Shown here piece by piece: positions 49,046 through 57,989 of a DNA stretch of 64,000 bases. The translations under genes and the position numbers were made by a program. This stretch comes from Chthoniobacterales bacterium (GTDB lineage: Bacteria > Verrucomicrobiota > Verrucomicrobiia > Chthoniobacterales > Chthoniobacteraceae): contig JBBQZX010000022.1 of assembly GCA_038207335.1 (NCBI GenBank), positions 1 through 64,000 on the forward strand. Reading direction: 5' to 3'. The notes beneath the pieces were generated by a model. That model ran no database searches. It saw only the letters and a list, made by a program, of their open reading frames with translations, and had not been told where the DNA came from. Numbering within the stretch: position 1 is the first letter of the stretch; each line of letters starts with the position of its first letter.

Positions 49046-49100
49046 CCTGCGGGCTGCCGCATCTCGCTATTTTTCATCCAACTCCACCCGACGCATCCGC

Positions 49101-50528
49101 ATGAAAGCGCACCTTCTCCTCTCCTGTTTCTCCGCCATCGTGCTTTCGCTCAGTCTCACGACGAGCCGCGCCGACGATTTTCCCGCGCCGAAATCGCTCG
49201 GCGATGTGAGCAGCCATGGCCGCAACATCCAGCGCTCCATGCGGCTCATGGCTACGAGCACGCCGGAGCATCGCAACACCGTGCGTGTGCTCTTCTACGG
49301 CCAGAGCATCACGGAGCAGGGTTGGTGGAAGATCGTCGCGGATGACCTGCGCACGCGCTTTCCCAACGCGAATCTCATCATCGAAAACCGCGCTCTCGGC
49401 GGCTTCGCCTCGCAGATGCTCGTGAAGACGGCGGAGACGGACCTGTATCCGTTCCAGCCCGACCTGCTCATCTTTCACGTCTATGGCGCGCACGATAAAT
49501 ACGAGGACATCATCCGCCGCGTGCGCGAGCAGACGTGCGCGGAGATTTTGCAGCAAAACGATCACGTCACCAAACCTGAGCATCTCAGCGAGGAGACCGA
49601 TCCGGCCAAGGTGCCGATCCAGAGCGGCAAATGGGACGCCTTCATGAACCACAACTGGCTGCCTTCGCTCGCGCGGAAATACAGCACCGAGCTCTGCGAT
49701 CAGCGCGCGCTGTGGAAGCAGTATTTGCGCGACTACGACCTCGAGCCGAAGGCGCTGCTCAAGGACAGCGTGCATCTCAACGCGCACGGCGAATTCGTGA
49801 TGGCGGAGTTTGTGAAGACGCATCTGCGCTACGATCCGAAGCTCGGCCCATCGCCCGCGGAGGAGTGGGTGAAGACGCTCGAAGTCGGCAAGGACGTGCA
49901 ATGGGTGGATGGGAAACTGCGCGTCGAGTTCGAGGGGAATCGCGTGGAAGCGATTTGCAAACCCGGCAGCGCCGCGCCCGCCGAGGTGCGCATCGATGGC
50001 AGGAAACCGTCGGAAATTCCCGGGCTCTACGGTTTCACACGCGCGCTGGCAAAGCCGGGCGGCAAATGGCCGCCGATCGCGCCGATCACCTCGGAAAAGC
50101 CGCTACTGGTCGAGGACTGGACACTGGAGGTGAGCAAGGATCCCGCGCAGGAAAAGCTCTACACTTTCACCCTCGACGGCTCGAAAACCGGCCCCGATGG
50201 CGAGGGCCGCAGCGACATGAAATTCGTCTCAAAATCCGGCCACATCGCCATCGCGCCGGATGCGTGGAATGTCGAATTCGCCCTCGGCACGCTCGGCGGG
50301 CAAAAGCCCCTGCCGGAGAAATTCACGGTGCGCTGGAGCGTCGAGCGGCGGTTCGTCGATGAGTTCGTCTCGCCCGGAGTGAAAGACCCCGCGATCGAAA
50401 CGACAGTCACGCTCGCGCAAGGGCTCGCGAACACGAAGCACACACTCGAAATCATCGGCAGCGCGCAGACGCCGATCGCCGCGCTGCGCATCTACCAGCC
50501 ACCGCTCGACCGCGGGGTGGGGAAATAG
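49101..50528 (+). CDS. Secreted SGNH/GDSL-like hydrolase
   Basis: Signal peptide, LFYGQSIT, NRALGG, DSVHLN..G. Confidence 0.7.
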   Translation: MKAHLLLSCFSAIVLSLSLTTSRADDFPAPKSLGDVSSHGRNIQRSMRLMATSTPEHRNTVRVLFYGQSITEQGWWKIVADDLRTRFPNANLIIENRALGGFASQMLVKTAETDLYPFQPDLLIFHVYGAHDKYEDIIRRVREQTCAEILQQNDHVTKPEHLSEETDPAKVPIQSGKWDAFMNHNWLPSLARKYSTELCDQRALWKQYLRDYDLEPKALLKDSVHLNAHGEFVMAEFVKTHLRYDPKLGPSPAEEWVKTLEVGKDVQWVDGKLRVEFEGNRVEAICKPGSAAPAEVRIDGRKPSEIPGLYGFTRALAKPGGKWPPIAPITSEKPLLVEDWTLEVSKDPAQEKLYTFTLDGSKTGPDGEGRSDMKFVSKSGHIAIAPDAWNVEFALGTLGGQKPLPEKFTVRWSVERRFVDEFVSPGVKDPAIETTVTLAQGLANTKHTLEIIGSAQTPIAALRIYQPPLDRGVGK

Positions 50529-50540
50529 CAAGCCGCGACC

Positions 50541-52010
50541 GTGAATGTGAAACGCTTTCGCAACCCCGGTTTCGCGCGAGTATGGAGTCCGTTGTTGAGG
50601 GGCGCGGTGGGAAAATCAATCGTGCCTTCCGCGTTTCTCGCGGTCATCGCGGCGCTGGGAATCCTCTGCGGATGGGCATTCGCAGCCGATCCGGGCACGC
50701 TTTCGGTAAAGCCGCGGCTGCTCGTGCTCACGGATATCGGCGGCGACCCGGACGATCAGCAGGCGATGGTGCGGCTACTTGTTCACTCGAATGAATTCGA
50801 GATCGAGGGGCTGATCGCGAGCGCTTCAGGAACGCCGGGCGAGCTGAAGGATCGCGTCACGAAGCCGCAGATCATCCGCGAGCTGGTCGGGGCGTACGCG
50901 AAGGTGCTGCCCAATCTGCTCAAGCACGCAGTGGGGTTCCCGAGCGCCGAGGCGCTGCTCGCGGTCGTGAAGTCGGGAAATCCGGAGCGCGGACGCGATG
51001 CGATCGGAGAAGGGCGTGATACCGAGGGCTCACGGTGGATCATCGCGTGCGCGGACAAGGCGGATGCGCGTCCACTGAACATCGCAATATGGGGCGGGCA
51101 GACCGATCTCGCGCAGGCGCTCTGGCGTGTGCGGGAGGAGCGCGGCGCGACGGGCTCCGCAAAGTTTCAGGTACATCTGCGGGTGTTCGACATCGATGAT
51201 CAGGATAGGATTCACGATTGGCTCTTCGCGGAATTTCCCGACGTTTTCTACGTGCTCTCGAAAGCGCCGAAAGGCTTGGACAAAAGACTCGGTGCGTATC
51301 GCGGGATGTATCTCGGCGGGGATGAATCGCTGACTTCACTCTCATGGCTGGACGAGCACGTCCGCACCAATCATGGCCCGCTCGGCGCGCTGTATCCGCC
51401 GAAGACATCGACCGCCCCGAACCCGCAAAAGGCACTGAAGGAAGGCGATACGCCGTCGTGGTTATTCTTTTTGTCGAATGGCCTCTGCGATCCTGGGCAT
51501 CCCGAGTGGGGCGGCTGGGGCGGGCGCTACGTGAAAGAATCGCACGGCCTTTTTCGCGATGCGAAGGACGCCGTTGGTGGTGTGACCGAAGCGCGCGCAA
51601 CGGTCTGGCGCTGGCGACCCGCGTTTCAAAATGAATTCGCCGCGCGCATGGAGTGGTGCGTCGCGGACGACTTTGCGAAAGCCAATCACCCGCCCACAGC
51701 GTTCCTAAATGGCGATAGGACCACCGACGCCGTGACGATCGCCGCGAGGCGCGGTGAAGGCGTCGCGCTTTCCTCCGCCGACTCGAGCGACCCCGATGGC
51801 AATGCGCTCGATGCACGGTGGTTCATTTATCGCGAAGCAAGCACGGGCGCGGACGGTGTACGCCTTTCTGCAGAAAGGGGCGAAAGCGTGCGCCTCACGC
51901 TGCCGACGGACAGCGCGCCGGGCACGGTCCACGTTATCCTTTCGCTTACGGATAGCGGCACGCCGCCGCTCACGCGCTATCGCCGCGCTGTCGTTACTTT
52001 CTCCAAATGA
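50541..52010 (+). CDS. DUF1593 nucleoside-hydrolase-like protein with C-terminal Ig-like domain
   Basis: TDIGGDPDDQQAMVRLL.SNEFEIEG, WGG, EGDTPS, GGWGGRY, NHPP, SSDPDG; true start probably downstream. Confidence 0.82.
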   Translation: MNVKRFRNPGFARVWSPLLRGAVGKSIVPSAFLAVIAALGILCGWAFAADPGTLSVKPRLLVLTDIGGDPDDQQAMVRLLVHSNEFEIEGLIASASGTPGELKDRVTKPQIIRELVGAYAKVLPNLLKHAVGFPSAEALLAVVKSGNPERGRDAIGEGRDTEGSRWIIACADKADARPLNIAIWGGQTDLAQALWRVREERGATGSAKFQVHLRVFDIDDQDRIHDWLFAEFPDVFYVLSKAPKGLDKRLGAYRGMYLGGDESLTSLSWLDEHVRTNHGPLGALYPPKTSTAPNPQKALKEGDTPSWLFFLSNGLCDPGHPEWGGWGGRYVKESHGLFRDAKDAVGGVTEARATVWRWRPAFQNEFAARMEWCVADDFAKANHPPTAFLNGDRTTDAVTIAARRGEGVALSSADSSDPDGNALDARWFIYREASTGADGVRLSAERGESVRLTLPTDSAPGTVHVILSLTDSGTPPLTRYRRAVVTFSK

Positions 52011-52097
52011 AAACGCTCATCGGATCGCTCCCTTGTCCGCGCCGGGCAGCTCGGGAAGGTGACATCGTCTAGGCAGCGTTAGAATGCACGCGAAGCT

Positions 52098-53201
52098 TCA
52101 CGGTTTGGCGTTGCCGGTGATATCCGAGAGAAGTCTGAAAAAGGCGCTCTTGCGCTCAGAACTAATTCCCCAGTTGACGGGCGGGGATTGGTAGCCCTCA
52201 TCCAGTGACTCACCTTTCCGCCGGTAGTCGAACCATCCCCACGAGACGTGGTTAGCGATGGCGGTCGTGAAGTTGTTCACGGGTTGGTCGAATGCCTCGT
52301 GATCGTCCTCGTTGATGAGCACCGGCATGGGCTTGTAGGTCGGCAGTGAGCGAGTCTTGCGAATCAGGTCGGTAATTTGTCCCGGCTCCTTCGCGCCGTT
52401 GCCGTGGATGAGCGCGAAATTCGATGAGGCGATCGCACTGGCCGATGGCACGACTCGCCCGCCAAACGATGTGCCCACGAGCAACATGTGGCCGTCGCGG
52501 CCTTTCGTCGTGCGCACACGCTCGATCAGTTCGGACACGCGATCGGGCCGCAGGATCGGCGGCTGATAGGTTGGGTTCGACTCGTTGTTGATCTCGACCA
52601 ACACATTGCGCCAGCCGCCATCCAACAGCCAGCGCGTGGCTGCATCGGTCGCACGGATCGCCGCGTCGTCTCCCCCGAGCCGCGGTGATTGTCCGAAGTA
52701 AAAGTAACCCAGGATAACGACCATCCCTTGCTCGTCCGCCGCATCCAGCACACGCCCCATCCGTACCGCGAACTCCGGTCGCAACTTCCCTTCCGCGGTG
52801 AACGCCCCGCTTTCCCACGCTTGCCCCTTGGAGTAGCCCTCCGGCGAGCCCCCTTGGAAATTCACCGTCACCGCGAGCAACCCATGCGCCTTCCACACCG
52901 GCAGCACCGCGATGAACTCGCGCACATTCCGCTCCGCATCCCACTTCCCGGTATCGGCATATGCCCAGCGCTTCGCCGTCTCGGGGTTCAAGTCATCGTA
53001 AGTCGCCTGTACCATCCGCGAGTTGAGCAGCAGCCCTGCGATGCGATGTCCATCCCACGAGCGTCCGGCATAGGAGGGCTGGCCGTTGATGTGAAAGTCT
53101 TCACCGACAATGCTGACGGTTGTCTTCCCGGGAGCCGCGGCGATGGCTATGGCGGGGCGGGTCAGCAATGACAGTATCGCGAATAGGACTACTCCGTTCA
53201 C
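52098..53201 (-). CDS. Secreted TIM-barrel glycoside-hydrolase-like hypothetical protein
   Basis: Signal peptide, F.ING, NVLVEINNE, PVLINEDD, SWGWFDY. Confidence 0.55.
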   Translation of the reverse strand: MNGVVLFAILSLLTRPAIAIAAAPGKTTVSIVGEDFHINGQPSYAGRSWDGHRIAGLLLNSRMVQATYDDLNPETAKRWAYADTGKWDAERNVREFIAVLPVWKAHGLLAVTVNFQGGSPEGYSKGQAWESGAFTAEGKLRPEFAVRMGRVLDAADEQGMVVILGYFYFGQSPRLGGDDAAIRATDAATRWLLDGGWRNVLVEINNESNPTYQPPILRPDRVSELIERVRTTKGRDGHMLLVGTSFGGRVVPSASAIASSNFALIHGNGAKEPGQITDLIRKTRSLPTYKPMPVLINEDDHEAFDQPVNNFTTAIANHVSWGWFDYRRKGESLDEGYQSPPVNWGISSERKSAFFRLLSDITGNAKP

Positions 53202-55846
53202 GGATTGAACATCGCGTTCGACTTATCGCCACCACTCAGCACGTAGGCGAGTAAATCGAGGATTTCCTCCTTCGTCAGCATGGACAGCAGCATCGGCGGC
53301 ATCGCGGACACTTTGCTCGGTTCGATGCTTTTGACTTCCTTGCGATCCACGGTTACGCGCTGCCAGGGATCGGCGAGGTCGGTGTTCACCGTTACGGTGT
53401 CGCCGCTCAAGTTCACCACGACGCCAGAGAGAGTGTCGCCGTTGTTTTTGGTGATGACGAGGGGAGTGAACTGTTCATTGATCTCCTTGCTGGGATTGAT
53501 GATCTGATCGAGCAGGTCGTGCGGGCTGTAACGTCCGCCAGCGCCGGTCAGGTCGGGGCCGGTCATCCCGCCTTCGTTACCAAAACGATGGCAGGTGTAA
53601 CAGGCGGCGGCACCGAACATCTTCCGCCCATTGTCGAAGCTGCGGACTTTGAGGCCGGTCTTCGCGGCGGCGCTGAGTTCGTCGAGGGTCCACATCGTCG
53701 GCGTGCGTCCGAAGAAGATCGCGCCGACGTTTTCGATGGCGGACTTGCGCTCAGGCTTCTTGGCAATGAGCGCGGCGTGCTCGGTTTTCTCGGCGTCGGT
53801 GAAGGTCGCGAGCGAGTCGTTGCGGATGAACTCGATGAATTTGTCAAAGCTCGCGCCGCCGCGGTAGTTAGCCGCCTTGGCAAACCATTCGAGTTGCGCG
53901 GTGCGGAGTTCTTTCGTCCAGCCAGTCTTCAACATGCGGAGGCTGCGGGCGTATTCGACCTGCGGTTCCTGGCTCGCTGCCGCGGCGATCAGAGCCATGC
54001 CTTTGGCCGCGGCGGTCGGACTTTGCAGATAGACGAGGGTCTCGCAGAGCAGCCAGTTTTGCTCGAAGGAGGCGGCGGGAAAGAGTGGGTCGAGCTTGGC
54101 GATGAGTTGCTGGACAGTCGCGTCATCCGGGCGATCGAAGCGGTTGAGCGTGATCTCGATGGTGCGCAGCGCGGTTAGTTGCTGGACTTGGGGCAGCTTC
54201 GCGAGATCGAGCTTGAGTAAGGCGGCTAGAAGCTTGCCCCGCAACGCGCTGTCCACAGGCTTCGTGTCGGCCTCGCGATGTTGCGGGCACACACCGGCGG
54301 CGCGAGCGAGCGCCATGAGGGCTTCGACTTGCTTTGCGGGATCGGTCTCCGCGAGCGCTTTGTCGCTCCACTCGCCGATGGGTTGGTGTTCGATGGCGGT
54401 GCGCGCGGCCCAGCGGATGAAGCGGTCTTTGTCGCCGAGATGCGGCCACGCCTTCGCGACGGCTTGCGGGTCTTGCCTGCCGTGGAAAGCCTCGAGTTGA
54501 TGCCGCAGATCACGCGCGGGACTCGCGGTGGCTGTGACTTCCACGGGCGCGGTGCTTTCACTCCCGGCGTAAGTCACTCGATAAAGGCCGGACTGCACCT
54601 TCCTCCCTCCGATGGCGAAATACATCGCGCCGTCTTGCGGAAGAATGATGGCATCGGCCATCGGCAACGGCGTGCCGCTGAGGAATTCCTCCTTGGTTGC
54701 CTTGTAACTCGCACCTTCAGGCTCGAGATGGATCGCGTAGAGTTTGCCCCAGCTCCAATCGAGCACGAAGAGCGCGCGCTGATACTTCGCGGGAAATTTT
54801 GCGCCATACCCAAAGGTCGTGCCTGTGGGCGAGCCTGGGCCAATGTTGTTCGCGGCTGGCAGGTTGTCGGGATAAAACTCCGGCCGTTTGCCCGCGCCAT
54901 TGCGCCAGCCAAATTCCGCGCCGCTCACGACGTGATTGATGCGCGTAGGCCGATACCACGGAGTGTTGAAGTCATACTCCATGTCAGCGTCGTAAGTGAA
55001 TAGCTCACCGTCGTGATTGACTGCTGCGTCGAAGATATTGCGAAAGCCCGAGGCAAAGACCTCGAACTGTTTCCCATCCGGCGACACCCGGTAGATGATG
55101 CCGCCGGGAGCCATCGTATCGCGCATGAAGCCGCGCCCATCCGGCATCCGCGGAAGCAGATGATCCTCGCCCCAGATTGCCGGAACCGGAGAGCTGCCCG
55201 CAAACTGCGTCGGTTTTGCGCTATCGCCGCAGACGAGATACAGAGCCTTCCCATCCGGCGTGGGCAGCACGGCGTGGACGCCATGATCGCCCTTCGTTTC
55301 GATGGCGCGTAGCAGCTCCACTTTGTCGAGTTGATCGTCGCCGTTGCTATCGGTGATTCGATAAAGTCCGCCCGGTATCTTCGACTCGTAGTCGTTCACC
55401 CCGACGTAGAGCGCACCGAATGCGAACAGCATCCCATTCACCGCGCGGATCTCCGCCGGCACCTTCTCGATCTTCGTCGGATCGAGCGCCTGCCCGGCGG
55501 GCGGCGGGGTAAAGCGATAGAGCCCGCCGTATTGGTCGCTTGCATAGATGCGGCCCTTGTCATCGCTGCAAAGATTCACCCACGACCCTTGCTCAGCGCC
55601 GGGCACAGAATAGAGCAGCTCCACTTTGAAGTCCTTCGCCGTCTTGATCCGCGAAACGGGCGTGGCGGTGTTTTCGCCAATGGCTTCACCCACCGCTGTC
55701 TGACGAGGCTTCGCTTTGGCGTTAGGCTTCTTTGGCACCTCCGCCTGAGCGACGGTCAGTGTCGGAGCCTGGCGAAGGTCGCTCTCGGCGGCGTGGAGGG
55801 TGGCGCAGGCGAGTAATGGGAGAAGGAACGTGAGGGGTCGTTTCAT
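53198..55846 (-). CDS. PVC-type heme c-binding protein (beta-propeller dehydrogenase-like, HEAT-like, cytochrome c)
   Basis: Signal peptide, GFRN, YDADME, GSPTG, CYTCH, GPDL, S.MP. Confidence 0.85.
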   Translation of the reverse strand: MKRPLTFLLPLLACATLHAAESDLRQAPTLTVAQAEVPKKPNAKAKPRQTAVGEAIGENTATPVSRIKTAKDFKVELLYSVPGAEQGSWVNLCSDDKGRIYASDQYGGLYRFTPPPAGQALDPTKIEKVPAEIRAVNGMLFAFGALYVGVNDYESKIPGGLYRITDSNGDDQLDKVELLRAIETKGDHGVHAVLPTPDGKALYLVCGDSAKPTQFAGSSPVPAIWGEDHLLPRMPDGRGFMRDTMAPGGIIYRVSPDGKQFEVFASGFRNIFDAAVNHDGELFTYDADMEYDFNTPWYRPTRINHVVSGAEFGWRNGAGKRPEFYPDNLPAANNIGPGSPTGTTFGYGAKFPAKYQRALFVLDWSWGKLYAIHLEPEGASYKATKEEFLSGTPLPMADAIILPQDGAMYFAIGGRKVQSGLYRVTYAGSESTAPVEVTATASPARDLRHQLEAFHGRQDPQAVAKAWPHLGDKDRFIRWAARTAIEHQPIGEWSDKALAETDPAKQVEALMALARAAGVCPQHREADTKPVDSALRGKLLAALLKLDLAKLPQVQQLTALRTIEITLNRFDRPDDATVQQLIAKLDPLFPAASFEQNWLLCETLVYLQSPTAAAKGMALIAAAASQEPQVEYARSLRMLKTGWTKELRTAQLEWFAKAANYRGGASFDKFIEFIRNDSLATFTDAEKTEHAALIAKKPERKSAIENVGAIFFGRTPTMWTLDELSAAAKTGLKVRSFDNGRKMFGAAACYTCHRFGNEGGMTGPDLTGAGGRYSPHDLLDQIINPSKEINEQFTPLVITKNNGDTLSGVVVNLSGDTVTVNTDLADPWQRVTVDRKEVKSIEPSKVSAMPPMLLSMLTKEEILDLLAYVLSGGDKSNAMFNP

Positions 55847-56223
55847 GGATTGGATTGAGGAGAGTATTGGCAGCCGAAGCAATCAAGGAGCTTCGTCCCA
55901 TTTCGGGAGGCACGTCGGCCAGCGCCAAATCCCCCAACGCCGCGCAGACATTTTCGCGGGGCAAGGGGAAGTGCGCTTGCATAAATCGCGCATCGCCCGG
56001 ACTCTCCGCGTTCGTTTTGCAGCGCGCGACCTCCCTCCTCTCCGTAGATCACCCCGCCGTCGTGCTCCGCTTTTGAGCCGCTGAGGACCGCGGGCTGGCG
56101 TGCCCCGGTCCGACGCTCCCACCTTTCCTCCGGCACTTCGCCGTTCTGGCGATGCACGTTGCTTTCCTTGGGCACACGGGCCGCGAAGGGCTCCCGACTT
56201 TGCCCCGTGCTTTTCCGAATTTC

Positions 56224-57705
56224 ATGTTCACCAAAAATCTATCCAAAGAGTGGCTCTCAAATATCCGCGGCGATCTGCTCGCGGGCATCGTCGTCGCGCT
56301 GGCGCTCATCCCCGAGGCCATCGCGTTCTCCATCATCGCGGGCGTCGATCCGAAGGTCGGGCTGTATGCCTCGTTCTGCATCGCGGTGCTCACCGCGATC
56401 TTCGGCGGACGGCCCGCCATGATCTCCGCGGCCACGGCAGCCACGGCCCTCCTCATGGTCACGCTCGTGAAAGAGCACGGCTTGCAATACCTGCTCGCGG
56501 CCACGGTGCTGACGGGCGTCCTGCAAGTCATCGCGGGCGCCCTCCGCATCGGCAGCATCATGCGCTTCGTCTCGCGCTCAGTCATGACCGGCTTCGTGAA
56601 CGCCCTCGCGATCCTCATCTTCATGGCGCAGTTGCCCGAGTTCAAAGGCGCGGGCGTCACCGTCTATGTCATGGTCGCCGCGGGGCTCGCCATCATCTAC
56701 CTGTTGCCGCGCCTCACCAAAGCAGTGCCCTCTCCGCTCGTCGCCATCATCGTCCTCACCATCATCTCCATGATCTGGAGGCTCGACGTGCGCACCGTCG
56801 GCGACCTCGGCGAACTCCCCTCCACCCTCCCCATCTTCCTCTGGCCGCGAGTCCCCCTCTCCCTGGCCACACTCTGGATCGTCCTGCCCTACTCCCTGGG
56901 CATCGCCGCCGTCGGTCTCCTCGAGTCGCTCCTCACCGCCCAGATCGTCGATGAAATGACCGACACCTCCAGCGACAAAAACCGCGAGTGTACCGGCCAA
57001 GGCATCGCGAACTTCTTCTCCGGGCTCTTCGGCGGCATGGCCGGCTGCGCGATGATCGGCCAGTCCGTCATCAACGTGCGATCCGGCGGACGCGGCCGAC
57101 TCTCCACCTTCACCGCGGGCGTCTTCCTCCTCATCCTCCTCGTGCTCCTGAACCCCTGGGTCAAACAAGTCCCCATGCCCGCGCTCGTCGCCGTCATGAT
57201 CATGGTCTCCATCGGCACATTCTCCTGGGCATCCTTCAAAAACCTCCGCATCCATCCCAAGAGCACCAGCATCGTCATGATCGCCACGGTCGTCACCGTC
57301 GTTTGGACGCACAATCTCGCCCTCGGCGTCGGCGTCGGCGTGCTCCTCAGCGCCCTCTCCTTCGCGCGCAAAGTCGCCCAAGTCATCCGCGTGCGGAGCG
57401 AAGTCGACCCCGTCACCGACACGCGCACCTACACCGTCCAAGGCCAGGTCTTCTTCGCCTCCTCCTCCGAGTTCCTCGCCGCCTTCGACCTCAGGGAGAC
57501 TGTGGCAAAAGTGCGCATCGACGTCAGCCACGCGCACTTCTGGGACCTCACCTCCGTCGGCGCTCTCGATAAAATCGTCCTCAAATTCCGCCGCGAAGGC
57601 GCCGAGGTCGAAATCGTCGACCTCAACGAAGCCAGCACCACCATCGTCGATCGCCTCGCCATCCATGACAAACCCGACGTCCTCGAGCGGATGCTCGAAC
57701 ACTAG
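56224..57705 (+). CDS. SulP family anion permease with STAS domain
   Basis: [45 protein letters not shown]. Confidence 0.93.
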   Translation: MFTKNLSKEWLSNIRGDLLAGIVVALALIPEAIAFSIIAGVDPKVGLYASFCIAVLTAIFGGRPAMISAATAATALLMVTLVKEHGLQYLLAATVLTGVLQVIAGALRIGSIMRFVSRSVMTGFVNALAILIFMAQLPEFKGAGVTVYVMVAAGLAIIYLLPRLTKAVPSPLVAIIVLTIISMIWRLDVRTVGDLGELPSTLPIFLWPRVPLSLATLWIVLPYSLGIAAVGLLESLLTAQIVDEMTDTSSDKNRECTGQGIANFFSGLFGGMAGCAMIGQSVINVRSGGRGRLSTFTAGVFLLILLVLLNPWVKQVPMPALVAVMIMVSIGTFSWASFKNLRIHPKSTSIVMIATVVTVVWTHNLALGVGVGVLLSALSFARKVAQVIRVRSEVDPVTDTRTYTVQGQVFFASSSEFLAAFDLRETVAKVRIDVSHAHFWDLTSVGALDKIVLKFRREGAEVEIVDLNEASTTIVDRLAIHDKPDVLERMLEH

Positions 57706-57728
57706 GCGCCAGCCAAACGCACACGTCG

Positions 57729-57962
57729 CCACCTCTCTGCCGTCCGGTGGAACGCCCGGAATGCGCGTTCCCACCTCTCTACCGTCCGGTCGGAGGAATA
57801 AATTCCCAGGCGATTGCCTCCCGGGAGCCCGGCCGCCATCCGCTTCAACGCCGCACCCATCACCCGTCCCGCCGACCTCCCCACCCTCGCACCTCAAAGC
57901 CGAGTCCCATCGAACACCGATTGCCACCCGCCGCGCGGGAGATTGCAACTCCGACCGGACGG
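57729..57962. repeat. Intergenic direct and inverted repeat cluster
   Basis: 20-bp direct repeat ccacctctct(g/a)ccgtccggt at 57729 and 57771; 14-bp perfect IR at 57782-57795 and 57949-57962. Confidence 0.65.
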
Positions 57963-57989
57963 GTGTGAAATTCCCCGTCCCTCCCGACC

